Assembly (NCBI GenBank): GCA_038237845.1
Contig: JBBRYH010000010.1
Location: 25,692 to 89,691 of the forward strand
DNA: 64,000 bases
Reading direction: 5' to 3'
Source of the DNA: Bacteroidia bacterium
GTDB lineage: Bacteria; Bacteroidota; Bacteroidia; Palsa-965
Position numbers and translations under genes: made by a program. Below, piece after piece: positions 29,728-39,593 of this stretch (position 1 is its first letter; every line of letters begins with the position of its first letter). The notes beneath the pieces are model-generated. The model saw only the letters and a list, made by a program, of their open reading frames with translations. It was not told the DNA's origin and ran no database searches.

Positions 29728-30594
29728 CTATTTTTTTGCGCGGCCTAATGCAACAAATGGACTGTTCTCGGGTTTTTTATATTCCACAACCGGTTTTGTA
29801 AATGATATCGGCGTGTATTCTTCCATCGAAACTGAGACACTATCAAACCAAACCTTTGATGCTTCAAAAGAAGGATGTCGTTTGTCGGGAGCTCTGTCGA
29901 GGACCAACTTTTGTGATGGATAGAATAAAGTATCTAATTCCTCCTCCATCACTTTGCAAATTCCATAATCTTTTGTCCATGCTGCAGGACCAATCCAATA
30001 ATAAGGAATGTGTTTGTCAGTGAAAGATTTGACAATCGTTTGAATATATTTTCTTCGAGGCTCAACACTTGGTGTAAGCACTTCATTCAGTCCTAAAGCA
30101 CAAATCACAAAATCTGGTTTGTATGTTTCAAGATATCTAGTAATAGTGTCGTTAGAAGCCCAAGCTGCAGTTGTTGAACCATACCAAGCAATGGAAGCAA
30201 CTAATTCATAATTATTATTGACACAAAAATTATAAACAGAAGAGCGCAAAAATTCCACTTGTGAATCACCGATCAATAAAACTTTTTTGATGGAAGTATC
30301 TTTTGCACAAAATTGTTTTTTTACAATTCCAGTATCCAAATACATAAAGAGTGTCCCCTTTTTGAATTTGACTTTGGATTTGTTTTGTGCGTAGAACGAA
30401 TAATGGTCTTTAAAATCTTTATGCGATGGCCCGTAGGCGATACTTTTTGTATCCGCACATTTTAATCCGAAAGGCAGTGGAGTCTTTAAAAAATCGACGA
30501 AAAAGAAAAGACTGAAAAGAAGGAGGAAGGCACAACCGGCAGAAAAGGCATACAATTTCGTTCTGTCGGAATTCATACTTTGGGAGATGGGCAA
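29728..30594 (-). CDS. Membrane-anchored SGNH-family protein (AlgJ/PatB-like partner of the MBOAT)
   Basis: N-terminal TM. Blocks LLIGDSQVEF (GDS), GLNE, DKRHP. Reading frame adjoins the MBOAT gene with a 1-nt gap. Confidence 0.65.
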   Translation of the reverse strand: MPISQSMNSDRTKLYAFSAGCAFLLLFSLFFFVDFLKTPLPFGLKCADTKSIAYGPSHKDFKDHYSFYAQNKSKVKFKKGTLFMYLDTGIVKKQFCAKDTSIKKVLLIGDSQVEFLRSSVYNFCVNNNYELVASIAWYGSTTAAWASNDTITRYLETYKPDFVICALGLNEVLTPSVEPRRKYIQTIVKSFTDKHIPYYWIGPAAWTKDYGICKVMEEELDTLFYPSQKLVLDRAPDKRHPSFEASKVWFDSVSVSMEEYTPISFTKPVVEYKKPENSPFVALGRAKK

Positions 30595-30857
30595 ATGTTT
30601 AAGGGAAGGAAATTACTTTTTAATTATTTTTGTTTCGACATTACAAAGCTATTAATTCTCTTATAAACCACCCTATCAGATAAACGATACTTTGAGGCAC
30701 TTATACAAAATAGCCGACACTGGTGAAGCATACTCGCTATGAATTTTAGTCAAATAGAAAATGAATATTTTTTTGTTTTAATAAGCCCATACTATTATAA
30801 GGTAAGAATAGAATCAAAAAAGACGATAAAACTAATCCCCTAAGTGAACACGATGAA

Positions 30858-30934
30858 TGGTGGAGAATATCGGAGTCGAACCGATGACCTTCTACATGCC
30901 ATGCAGACGCTCTAGCCAGCTGAGCTAATCCCCC
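30858..30934 (-). tRNA. tRNA-Ala (anticodon GGC), 77 nt including the encoded CCA
   Basis: Manual fold: acceptor GGGGGAU/AUUCUCC with G3:U70, D-stem GCUC/GAGC, anticodon stem UCUGC/GUAGA, loop AUGGCAU, T-arm AUCGG-UUCGACU-CCGAU, 3' ACCA. ORF 30746-30937 overlapping it is spurious. Confidence 0.85.
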
Positions 30935-31036
30935 CATTTTGCAGGTTTCAAAAGTAGATATTATTAGTATACTACATATAGGTTATTGCCACAGCATTCA
31001 GGTTCTGTACTATTGTATAAACTAATAACCCTAAAT

Positions 31037-31294
31037 ATGTTTATCGCTGTAAAACACACCATCAGTAACCCCGCTGAATTCTGGTCTCGCGCACAAGCCT
31101 CCTTGCCAAATCTTCCTGCAGGAATTAAAATTCATTCCGTTATGCCGAATGCCGCAATGGATGATGCAGTTTGTTTGTGGGAAGCAAATTCACTTGAACA
31201 GTTGAACGAATATCTTGAAGGTAAAACAGGAGACGTTTCGCATAACCATTACATTCCAGTGGATGAAAAGAATGCAATGGGTTTGCCTAAATAG
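31037..31294 (+). CDS. Small hypothetical protein (about 86 aa from MFIAVKHT)
   Basis: ORF only. Followed by a weak hairpin ATTCCT...AGGAAT plus T-run (31345-31375). Confidence 0.4.
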   Translation: MFIAVKHTISNPAEFWSRAQASLPNLPAGIKIHSVMPNAAMDDAVCLWEANSLEQLNEYLEGKTGDVSHNHYIPVDEKNAMGLPK

Positions 31295-31418
31295 ATTTGT
31301 TTGTAATCCTGTTAAATTCCTTTCTTTGCTCGTATTCCTAGAGTAGAGATAAGGAATTTTTCTTTTATATAAATTTAGCTAGCTAAGAAGATTGTAGATT
31401 TGGAAAAAGAATTTTTAG

Positions 31419-31985
31419 GTGAAACGGATTTTGTTGCCAGTAATTATTTTATTTTCCATTCACTCCAATGCACAATGGTTTGTAGGAGTAAAACTTATGG
31501 GCATTTCTTTCCATCCTGGGAAAAATACGAATGGTGCATTGTTTAACTATACGCTGGGCCGGCATAATAGAATTGCGTTAAATTTCGGCTTGGCGATGGG
31601 CCTCGAATACAAATTCAATAATTATATTTCTATAAAACTTGATCAGGCTGCTTTTAAAGATTGTGCTGGAAAATTTGCAGGAATGACAATGTTCAATTTA
31701 CGTTACACTCAACAACTTGGAAAACTAGGTGACGGAAGCGTAGGGCTTGGACCATTTTTCTTTTATCGCAAAAACTGGAATGCAATAAATGGCTATGAAG
31801 ATGAAGGCTTTTTCAAAATCTCAAAAAACAATAAGTGGCAAACAAAATTTGTGTGGTATGGAGGAGAGCTCGAATATAACTATCCATTAAGAAAAGGACT
31901 CGATTTATCGACTAATATCTTGCCGGGAATTCCTGTTGTATTTGCAATAACTTCTGGAGTTCGATTTTCTGACCCTGAAAAATGA
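31419..31985 (+). CDS. Hypothetical small outer-membrane beta-barrel protein (188 aa)
   Basis: Signal peptide MKRILLPVIILFSIHSNAQ. Alternating aromatic pattern. Confidence 0.5.
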   Translation: MKRILLPVIILFSIHSNAQWFVGVKLMGISFHPGKNTNGALFNYTLGRHNRIALNFGLAMGLEYKFNNYISIKLDQAAFKDCAGKFAGMTMFNLRYTQQLGKLGDGSVGLGPFFFYRKNWNAINGYEDEGFFKISKNNKWQTKFVWYGGELEYNYPLRKGLDLSTNILPGIPVVFAITSGVRFSDPEK

Positions 31986-32044
31986 GCAAGCAACAATATT
32001 GATAATTTCTCTGCTTGTTAATTTTCACCTCTTTCATTAGCAAC

Positions 32045-32467
32045 TTAACCCTGAGATTTTCTTTTGTAGTAAATCTGTTCACCTTTCACTTTAATTACCA
32101 ATTGATCACCAATTACTTCGTAAATGAAACGGAAGGTCTTTCCATTATTTGCTGGATTGCTGCATCCCGAAAGCGTGCCGAATACAGTTGCACCATTTGA
32201 ATAGGCTAGAAAATAGCAATGGCCCGTTAATCCTTTGTCTGCATCGTTTTCAATAGCACCTACTGATAATGTATCATTAGGAGAAAATCGGATAAAAATA
32301 AAATCTGTTTCGAGAATCGGAGAATAGGGCGAACCTGTAGGATCTTTTACCCATTCCCATTCGCCAATCAAAGGATCTTTTGATGTCAATAATTTATATT
32401 TTGGAGCCTGTGCCGAAAGCGTTGTAGTGAAAAGGACGATGAACAATACCCAAAAGAAGTTTTTCAT
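32045..32467 (-). CDS. Hypothetical secreted protein (140 aa)
   Basis: Signal peptide MKNFFWVLFIVLFTTTLSAQA. Confidence 0.5.
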   Translation of the reverse strand: MKNFFWVLFIVLFTTTLSAQAPKYKLLTSKDPLIGEWEWVKDPTGSPYSPILETDFIFIRFSPNDTLSVGAIENDADKGLTGHCYFLAYSNGATVFGTLSGCSNPANNGKTFRFIYEVIGDQLVIKVKGEQIYYKRKSQG

Positions 32468-32603
32468 GGTATTAAATATAAGTAAAGAAATGGATTGTCC
32501 TTATTGGAAGATTCCTCCGACTGTAAATCACCTTCATTGGCAACTGAATACTAGGTATATTTACAGGCTTTTATGTCAATGAGCACATCAGCATGATTTT
32601 AAA

Positions 32604-33056
32604 ATGGCCTCTTTAAAGCACCGTCTCGACATTGAATACGATTATGATTTTTTCTTAGCGGGAATTTCCTGCCATGAAAAGCCATATCGCCTTTGTTGGG
32701 CACTCAATCGCGCAATAGGTCATGAATTAGTGCAGAAAGAACCACTTTCGATCGCCTTGAAAAAAAGCGATCCTGCAAGCGATTTTCCGATTTTCAAATT
32801 AGCCAATAAAGAAAATGACACTTCTTTTTGTCTGATGGCAAACAAAACAGAAACAACGGATGCCGAAGGTCATAGAGGAATTGGACTGCTGATTCCGGAA
32901 CAAAATCAAGCCGATTATTTTTTTATCGTTCAAGGTCCATTCACCGAACATGACCTGGAACAGATGATGAAAAGCATTCGGGAAATTCCATTCGTCCAAT
33001 TAATTTATCGCATCAACCCTTCTATACTCAAATCAAAAGAAAATTTATTATTCTGA
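32604..33056 (+). CDS. Hypothetical protein (150 aa), possibly the IPExxxVDY-like family that sits upstream of pyk in Bacteroidota
   Basis: Contains LIPEQNQADYFFIV. Tight 9-nt spacing to pyk. Confidence 0.45.
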   Translation: MASLKHRLDIEYDYDFFLAGISCHEKPYRLCWALNRAIGHELVQKEPLSIALKKSDPASDFPIFKLANKENDTSFCLMANKTETTDAEGHRGIGLLIPEQNQADYFFIVQGPFTEHDLEQMMKSIREIPFVQLIYRINPSILKSKENLLF

Positions 33057-33065
33057 AAATAAAAT

Positions 33066-34529
33066 ATGTCAGCTAGAGAAAATACAACCGAACGCGTACA
33101 ATATAATCGCACAAAAATTGTCGCAACACTTGGACCTGCTTCGTCTTCACCAGAAATGTTGGAAGAAATGGCAAATGCAGGGTGTGATGTTTTCCGTATA
33201 AATTTTTCTCATGGCGATTATTCTGCTGTAGAAGAACAAATTAAAAATATACGTGCAATTAACAGAAAACTGGGAACGCATGTTTCTCTATTAGGGGATT
33301 TGCAAGGCCCAAAATTGAGAGTTGGCGAAATGGAAAACAATGGGGTTGAATTAGTCGATGGTGCGGAATTTCTGTTCACCACGAATAAAATGATCGGTAC
33401 CGCACAAAAAGCGTTTATGACCTATCAGCAATTTCCAAAAGATGTGAAAGCCGGTGAAATGGTTTTAATTGACGATGGAAAATTAGTGTTGCGCGTCATC
33501 TCTACCAATGGAGTTGATGAAGTCAAAACAATTGTAGAACATGGAGGAATACTTTCTTCAAAAAAAGGAGTTAATCTTCCGAATACAAAAGTTTCTTTGC
33601 CATGCCTTACAGAAAAAGACATTAAAGATCTTGAATTTGCATTGAGTCATCAGTTTGATTGGATCGGACTTTCGTTTGTTCGTTCGGGTGCTGATATTAT
33701 TGAGCTCAAGCATCTCATTAAAAAGATGGACCCTAACAGTAAATCAAAGGTCATTGCGAAAATCGAAAAGCCAGAAGCTATTTTAGACATCGATAATATC
33801 ATTCGTGAAACAGATGCATTAATGGTTGCGCGCGGCGATTTAGGAGTAGAGGTTCCAATGCAACGTGTGCCTGTTTTGCAGAAAATGTTGGTGCGAAAAT
33901 GTTTGGAAGCTTCAAAGCCGGTCATTATCGCGACACAAATGATGGAGAGTATGATCACCAATATTTCTCCAACACGTGCGGAGGTAAGTGATGTTGCAAA
34001 TTCAGTAATGGATGGTGCAGATGCAGTAATGTTGAGCGGAGAAACTTCTGTGGGTAAACATCCAGCAAAAGTAATTGAAGCGATGTCAAAAATCATTACA
34101 CAAGTTGAGGAAGAACACAACATTTATTACCTGGATAGAAAACCCGTTTTTTCTATCAACGAACGTTATCTTTCTGAAAACATCTGCTATGCTTCAACCA
34201 CATTAGCAAAGCAAGTGGATGCAACCGCAATTGTAACAATGACACATTCGGGTTACACGGCATTTCGTGTGGCAAGTTATCGACCTAAGGCAAATATTTT
34301 TGTCTTCACTGATAATTATAGTATTCTTTCACAACTTAGCTTAGTCTGGGGTGTCCGTGGATTTTATTACGACAAAAATATTTCAACGGATCATACCATC
34401 GCTGATATTAAATTCATTCTGAAAAAGGATGGTTATATTGTTCAGAAAGATTTTATCATCAATATTGCCAGTATCCCTTTAAGTGAAAAAGGAACTACGA
34501 ATATGATTAAGTTGACGGAAGTAGAGTAG
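33066..34529 (+). CDS. pyk: Pyruvate kinase
   Basis: RTKIVATLGPAS, FRINFSHGDY, MVARGDLGVEVP, 487 aa. Confidence 0.95.
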   Translation: MSARENTTERVQYNRTKIVATLGPASSSPEMLEEMANAGCDVFRINFSHGDYSAVEEQIKNIRAINRKLGTHVSLLGDLQGPKLRVGEMENNGVELVDGAEFLFTTNKMIGTAQKAFMTYQQFPKDVKAGEMVLIDDGKLVLRVISTNGVDEVKTIVEHGGILSSKKGVNLPNTKVSLPCLTEKDIKDLEFALSHQFDWIGLSFVRSGADIIELKHLIKKMDPNSKSKVIAKIEKPEAILDIDNIIRETDALMVARGDLGVEVPMQRVPVLQKMLVRKCLEASKPVIIATQMMESMITNISPTRAEVSDVANSVMDGADAVMLSGETSVGKHPAKVIEAMSKIITQVEEEHNIYYLDRKPVFSINERYLSENICYASTTLAKQVDATAIVTMTHSGYTAFRVASYRPKANIFVFTDNYSILSQLSLVWGVRGFYYDKNISTDHTIADIKFILKKDGYIVQKDFIINIASIPLSEKGTTNMIKLTEVE

Positions 34530-34669
34530 GAGCGTTATTTTTTCTTTTCTATATATATATTTCCCGCTTTCACCTCGACGGCGCTCGGCTTTATCGGGGC
34601 TATTTATTGCATTGCCAATATCTATTTAAAAAAATTAGACTAAATTGCATTACAAACAAAAAAAACATC

Positions 34670-35623
34670 ATGAAAAAAATTTACTCTTTAATAGTATTTG
34701 CATCAATCGGTTTTACAGCGCATAGCCAGTCTTTCTGGACAGAAGATTTCGGAACAGGTTGCAACCAGGGAAATCTTGCTAGCGCATACGCTGGTTCAAA
34801 TGGATCCTGGACAATTGCAAGTACAGGTACAAATGACCCCGACGCAAATCCTTGGTTTGTAAGCGCAACAGAAGCAGGAACTGGCGTTGGCAATTGTGGC
34901 GCTGGTTGCGGTAGTAATTCAACACTTACAAATAGAACATTGCATGTCGGTAGTACTGCTATTCCTGCATTAGGTCTCCCTGCCGATCAAGGCGCATCTT
35001 ACAATGCTGGTGGTTTGTGCAGTAGCTTTGCTATTTGTGTAATTACAAATTCACGTGCAGAATCTCCTGTCATCAATTGTGCAAATAAAACGAACATCAC
35101 ATTAACATTCAATTATTTTGAAAATGGAGATCTTGCAAATGATGATGGCTCTGTTTGGTTTTACGATGGTACAACATGGGCATTATTACAGAATACAGCT
35201 AAAACAACACTCGGCAATTGTGCTCCTCAAGGAAAATGGACAGCAATTAGCATTGTGCTTCCTGCTAGTGCAAACAATAATCCAAATGTGAAAATCGGAT
35301 TTAACTGGACCAATAACGATGATGGTGTTGGAACAGATCCTTCCTTTGCGGTGGATGATATTGCACTTACTCAATCACCATCAGGTATTGCAACTATTAC
35401 AAATAATCAACTAAACGTTGTTGTATTAGCAAATGGCCAGATAACAATCATTCCGAATGGTCAGGCCTACAAAATGCTTGCGGTTTATGATATGGTTGGA
35501 AGAGAAATAAAATTCACACAAACAGAAAATACAATTTCACTCGGCAATACTGCTCCGGGAATTTATATTATCAATTTGGATGTGAACGGAACGCGTGTGG
35601 TGAAGAAAGTAGTTATGAATTAG
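34670..35623 (+). CDS. Secreted T9SS cargo protein with a type-A CTD. Start taken at MKKIYSLIVF.
   Basis: Signal peptide. C-terminus PGIYIINLDVNGTRVVKKVVMN. Confidence 0.7.
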   Translation: MKKIYSLIVFASIGFTAHSQSFWTEDFGTGCNQGNLASAYAGSNGSWTIASTGTNDPDANPWFVSATEAGTGVGNCGAGCGSNSTLTNRTLHVGSTAIPALGLPADQGASYNAGGLCSSFAICVITNSRAESPVINCANKTNITLTFNYFENGDLANDDGSVWFYDGTTWALLQNTAKTTLGNCAPQGKWTAISIVLPASANNNPNVKIGFNWTNNDDGVGTDPSFAVDDIALTQSPSGIATITNNQLNVVVLANGQITIIPNGQAYKMLAVYDMVGREIKFTQTENTISLGNTAPGIYIINLDVNGTRVVKKVVMN

Positions 35624-35640
35624 AAAATATTTCATTTAAT

Positions 35641-35676
35641 AAAAAGGCGTCTCAATAATTGGGGCGCCTTTTTTAT
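35641..35676 (+). terminator. Intrinsic terminator: AAAAGGCGtc...GGCGCCTTTT hairpin plus T-run
   Basis: Stem of about 9 bp (35644-35651 / 35663-35670) followed by tttttt. Confidence 0.6.
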
Positions 35677-35689
35677 TGGAACAGAGTGA

Positions 35690-35852
35690 ATAAGAAAAAA
35701 ATAAATCAACTGTGTTTCATCAAAAAGTTGAGGCCCTTCAGTACAACAAAGAAGGCGGCGCAGTTTGTCCGGAAAACTGGACCAAAGGCAAAACAGGTAT
35801 GTGCGCTACACATGATGGTGATGCAACGAATTTGGCAGACGCGAAGAATTAA
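35690..35852 (+). pseudogene. ahpC: Degenerate C-terminal remnant of a 2-Cys peroxiredoxin (AhpC-like), split across two frames
   Basis: Frame A (35721-35852): QKVEALQYNKEGGAVCPENWTKGKTG...* (compare AhpC [17 protein letters not shown]). Frame B just upstream: LRPFSTTKKAAQFVRK (compare [15 protein letters not shown]). No upstream catalytic region. Confidence 0.5.
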
Positions 35853-35960
35853 GAAGTTTCATCCTTTAAGGTACATTTCCAATAATATTCACTTGGTGCT
35901 GGATTCTCTATCCGGCACTTTTTTATATTTTCCACCAATTGGTTTTCTAACTTTACAGCA

Positions 35961-37283
35961 ATGAATAAGTTTAAAGCAATCGTCGCGAAATGGACGATCC
36001 CGTTTATTTTACTGATATCAGTATGGTATTCCTCGAATATTCATTGGGGAAAACAATGGAATTCCATCATCACCTCTGATGGTAAAGGATATTATGCCTA
36101 CTTGCCCGCTACGTTTATTTATCATGATCTCAACTTTGGATTTTTCGATTCGATAGAGACCAAATATTACACAGCACAATTGAAATATGATTTCCGGTCA
36201 AGTTCAAAAGAAGGGAAAATCATTGATAAATATTTCAGTGGTGTTGCTGTTTTGCAGTTGCCATTTTTTCTTGGCGGGCACGCAGTTGCAAAACTTTCAG
36301 GTGCTGAAGCTGACGGTTATTCAAAACCCTATGCCATCGCTTTAAATATAGGAGCATGCTTCTGGCTACTTATCGGATTAATCTTTCTGCGGCGGCTGTT
36401 GATCTCTTTTGGCGCCAGCCACTTAAAGGCTGCTTTGGTTTTGTTGACATTTGTTTTTGGCACTAATCTTTTTTATTATGTCATTAGTGAACCGGCGATG
36501 TCGCATGTTTATTCTTTCTCGCTGATCAGTATTTTTCTTGTTTACAGTAAAAAATGGCTGGACACGCTGCGGAATAAATATTTTCTGTTGATGTGTCTTC
36601 TCCTAGGAATTATCACCCTGGTGCGACCTGTCAATTTACTTATCGTATTATGGATTCCATTCGCTGCGGGTTCCTCCAAAATATTCTTTTCAGTCATTCA
36701 AGCAAACTTCAGAAAACCACTGTGCCTTGTAACCGGAATATTGCTTTTCTTCTTTCCCATCCTAATCCAGCTTGTCATTTATAAAACTTCTACTGGACAT
36801 TGGTACATTTATGCCTATGGCATCGAACATTTCTATTTCTGGAAGCCCGAGTTGATCAATTTTTTGTTCAGTTATAAAAAAGGTCTATTCATTTATACTC
36901 CTTTGACCTTTTTAGCACTTTTCGGACTGATTCCATTATGGAAAAAAGACCGCTTCCGTGCAATCTGGATGGGCTTTACGATTTTTTTTATTATGTATGT
37001 CCTTTCCTGTTGGTGGATGTGGTATTACGGAGGAAGTTTTGGTATGCGTCCGATGGTGGATTTTTTCAGCCTTTTCGCCTTGCTTTGGTATTTTCTTTTC
37101 GAATCGATGAACTCAAAAACTAAAAAGCTGGTTTTATTGACGATTACTTTTTTTCTAATTGCTTTTTGCCAATTTCAGACGCTTCAATACCGATATGAAA
37201 TCATTCACTGGTCAGAAATGACAAAAGAATCATATTGGCATGCTTTCCTGAATTTTGATTTTCTGCTGAAGAAGTTTCATTAG
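35961..37283 (+). CDS. Polytopic membrane protein (440 aa), candidate GT-C-fold glycosyltransferase. Paralog of the frameshifted gene at 56100-57897.
   Basis: First-loop motif SDGKGYYAYLPATFIYHD (ArnT/PMT-like D-x-x-x-Y-A). At least 10 TM helices. Clear homology to 56100-57897 (DGRGYYSYLPA, GTNLFYY...SEPAMSHVYSFS). Confidence 0.6.
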   Translation: MNKFKAIVAKWTIPFILLISVWYSSNIHWGKQWNSIITSDGKGYYAYLPATFIYHDLNFGFFDSIETKYYTAQLKYDFRSSSKEGKIIDKYFSGVAVLQLPFFLGGHAVAKLSGAEADGYSKPYAIALNIGACFWLLIGLIFLRRLLISFGASHLKAALVLLTFVFGTNLFYYVISEPAMSHVYSFSLISIFLVYSKKWLDTLRNKYFLLMCLLLGIITLVRPVNLLIVLWIPFAAGSSKIFFSVIQANFRKPLCLVTGILLFFFPILIQLVIYKTSTGHWYIYAYGIEHFYFWKPELINFLFSYKKGLFIYTPLTFLALFGLIPLWKKDRFRAIWMGFTIFFIMYVLSCWWMWYYGGSFGMRPMVDFFSLFALLWYFLFESMNSKTKKLVLLTITFFLIAFCQFQTLQYRYEIIHWSEMTKESYWHAFLNFDFLLKKFH

Positions 37284-37473
37284 CCAGCATTCTTACTTAG
37301 TAAATTGACAGAGCAAATAAAAATTTATTGCTCGAATATTCCTACCGAAATGTCTAGTTCGAAAATAAAGATGGAGGTAAATGTAAACTGGATGGCGAAT
37401 GGTTTATTTACTTCAAAGAAAAAGCGTTGATCAAGGAACTTCCCTCAGCGTTTATTATGAATTTGTTTTTTAT

Positions 37474-37821
37474 TTAATCTTCAATTTGCTGCAACGCTTC
37501 TCTTAATTCTCTTAACGTTTTCTGATCACCTAGCTTTTGAGCAAGCATAATTCCCTTTTTGTAAATATCAATCGCTTCTTCGTTATTATCCTCCACTTCG
37601 TAATATTGTCCAAGCTGATAATATGCACCGAGATAATCCGGCTTTTCTGAAAGTAACTTTTCTATTCGCGCAATTGCTTCTGGCACATTTCCCATTTTTG
37701 CATATTCTAATGCAATGCCATACTGCAAAAAAGAATCCTGCGGATCTTCAGTGAGTAGTTCTTCGAGTTGGGAAAGTCTATTGGTTGACATAACGCTGCG
37801 TTCTTTGCGCCTCTGCGGCAA
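37474..37821 (-). CDS. Small TPR-repeat protein (start probably MSTNRLSQ)
   Basis: TPR-like helices ...AIARIEKLLSEKPDYLGAYYQLGQYYEVEDNNEEAIDIYKKGI. Confidence 0.6.
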   Translation of the reverse strand: MPQRRKERSVMSTNRLSQLEELLTEDPQDSFLQYGIALEYAKMGNVPEAIARIEKLLSEKPDYLGAYYQLGQYYEVEDNNEEAIDIYKKGIMLAQKLGDQKTLRELREALQQIED

Positions 37822-37823
37822 AT

Positions 37824-38834
37824 TTAAAATGCAGATTTAAACTGTGTAAGAAAACGAACATCATTCTCAGAAAACAAACGCAAATCATTCACGCCATATT
37901 TCAACATCGTGATTCTTTCGATTCCCATTCCAAAAGCAAATCCTGAAAACACATTCGGATCTACTTTGCAGTTTTGTAAAACAGTAGGATCTACCATTCC
38001 ACATCCGAGAATTTCTACCCAACCAGAATATTTACAAACGTTACAGCCTGTTCCGCCGCAAATAGTACAACTGATATCCATCTCAGCACTTGGTTCTGTA
38101 AATGGAAAGTAAGAAGGGCGCAAACGAATTTCTGTTTTTTCTCCAAACATTTCTCTGGCAAAATATAAAAGCACTTGTTTCATATCAGCAAACGAAACTC
38201 CCTTGTCGACATACAAACCTTCTACCTGATGAAAGAAACAATGCGCACGAGCAGAAATTGCCTCATTGCGATATACTCTTCCAGGCATTACAATACGAAC
38301 AGGAGGAGCAGTTTTTTCTAATACACGAACCTGGACACTGGAAGTGTGTGTACGTAAAGCAATGTTTTTATCAATGAAAAAAGTATCCTGCATATCACGA
38401 GCAGGATGTTCTTCTGGAAAATTTAATGCGGAAAAATTATGCCAGTCGTCTTCTACCTCTGGTCCATCTGCAACCGTAAAACCAACACGAGAAAAAATGT
38501 CAATGATTTCCTGACGGACAATCATTAAGGGATGACGACTTCCAACAAAACCATTTGCAGGAAGTGAAAGATCAGCAGTTGATTTTTGATCACTTCCTTC
38601 TGAGGAGCTGTCCTTAACAGCATCCAATTTTTCCTGCGCAATTGTTTTTAATTTATTCAACAACTGACCAACTTCTCTTTTCAACTCAGGAGAAACGGTT
38701 TTGAATTCATCAAATAAAATAGAAATCTGTCCTTTGCGACTCATGTATTTCAAACGGAATTGCTCCGCCTGTTCTGCATTTGTTGCTGCAAACTTTTCTA
38801 CTTCGTCTAATAAGGTTTCAATTCTGCTTTTCAT
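37824..38834 (-). CDS. pheS: Phenylalanine--tRNA ligase alpha subunit
   Basis: FPFTEPSAEMDISC...GWVEILGCGMVDP...GFAFGMGIERITM, 336 aa. Confidence 0.95.
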   Translation of the reverse strand: MKSRIETLLDEVEKFAATNAEQAEQFRLKYMSRKGQISILFDEFKTVSPELKREVGQLLNKLKTIAQEKLDAVKDSSSEGSDQKSTADLSLPANGFVGSRHPLMIVRQEIIDIFSRVGFTVADGPEVEDDWHNFSALNFPEEHPARDMQDTFFIDKNIALRTHTSSVQVRVLEKTAPPVRIVMPGRVYRNEAISARAHCFFHQVEGLYVDKGVSFADMKQVLLYFAREMFGEKTEIRLRPSYFPFTEPSAEMDISCTICGGTGCNVCKYSGWVEILGCGMVDPTVLQNCKVDPNVFSGFAFGMGIERITMLKYGVNDLRLFSENDVRFLTQFKSAF

Positions 38835-38859
38835 AGTTGATACTTTTCAAGCGATAAAG

Positions 38860-39576
38860 TTATTCAATTCGTTGCTTGTTGTGAAAGACAATTTTAGTAA
38901 CGGGATGAATTTCCCAAGCGCTGAATACTTTATAACTATCGACTTTAGAATGGGCTCCATAATGATGATTGTCAAAAAACAGCGATCCTGAGATATAATC
39001 GAGATGAATTGGAGGATTTTTTTTGGAAGCGACAAAGACTAATTCTTTTGATATGTCTGTTCCAATCCAATTTTTAAAATGATGTCGGACTGCAGCTAAA
39101 ATTGCAAAGAAAGGGCTTGTTGAATCGGGAAGACCTGAAATTTCTGCAGTAAGAAAAGGTTGACTTTTTTCCAATGATTTTGATGAACCAAGAATAACAT
39201 GAAAGTCATTATCATCTTCTCTTTTTATTCCAAAAATATAAACGTCGGCCAAACAAATAGAATGATTTTCCTCTTTTGTTCTCGGCGCCGTATTTGTTTT
39301 TGCTTCTGTTGATTTGTGCATGTATTCATCATCCGGCAACCAATTTCTTAATTCTTTTATGCTTTGAAAAGTGTCGGTAGGAAGATTTACAAATGATGTT
39401 TTTACACTGGCACGAATACTTCCACGAAAAACATCCTGCAAACCCGGATCGTGTTTTAGGGTAGTATCTATTTCACTTTCAATGGATGGATTTTCCGTTC
39501 CAATTACCGTCTTCTGCGGAGTCGAACCACAAGAGAAAACCAGAAAAGAGAATAATGCGAAGGATAAAAATTTCAA
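38860..39576 (-). CDS. Hypothetical lipoprotein (238 aa)
   Basis: Signal peptide plus lipobox LVFSCGS. Confidence 0.5.
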   Translation of the reverse strand: MKFLSFALFSFLVFSCGSTPQKTVIGTENPSIESEIDTTLKHDPGLQDVFRGSIRASVKTSFVNLPTDTFQSIKELRNWLPDDEYMHKSTEAKTNTAPRTKEENHSICLADVYIFGIKREDDNDFHVILGSSKSLEKSQPFLTAEISGLPDSTSPFFAILAAVRHHFKNWIGTDISKELVFVASKKNPPIHLDYISGSLFFDNHHYGAHSKVDSYKVFSAWEIHPVTKIVFHNKQRIE

Positions 39577-39593
39577 CTTATACTTTATAAATA

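Noticed and set aside
30746-30937. 63-aa minus-strand ORF
   Set aside because: Overlaps the tRNA-Ala gene entirely; translation of the tRNA region.
35659-35964. 101-aa basic ORF
   Set aside because: Not a gene; it spans the frames of the degenerate ahpC remnant.
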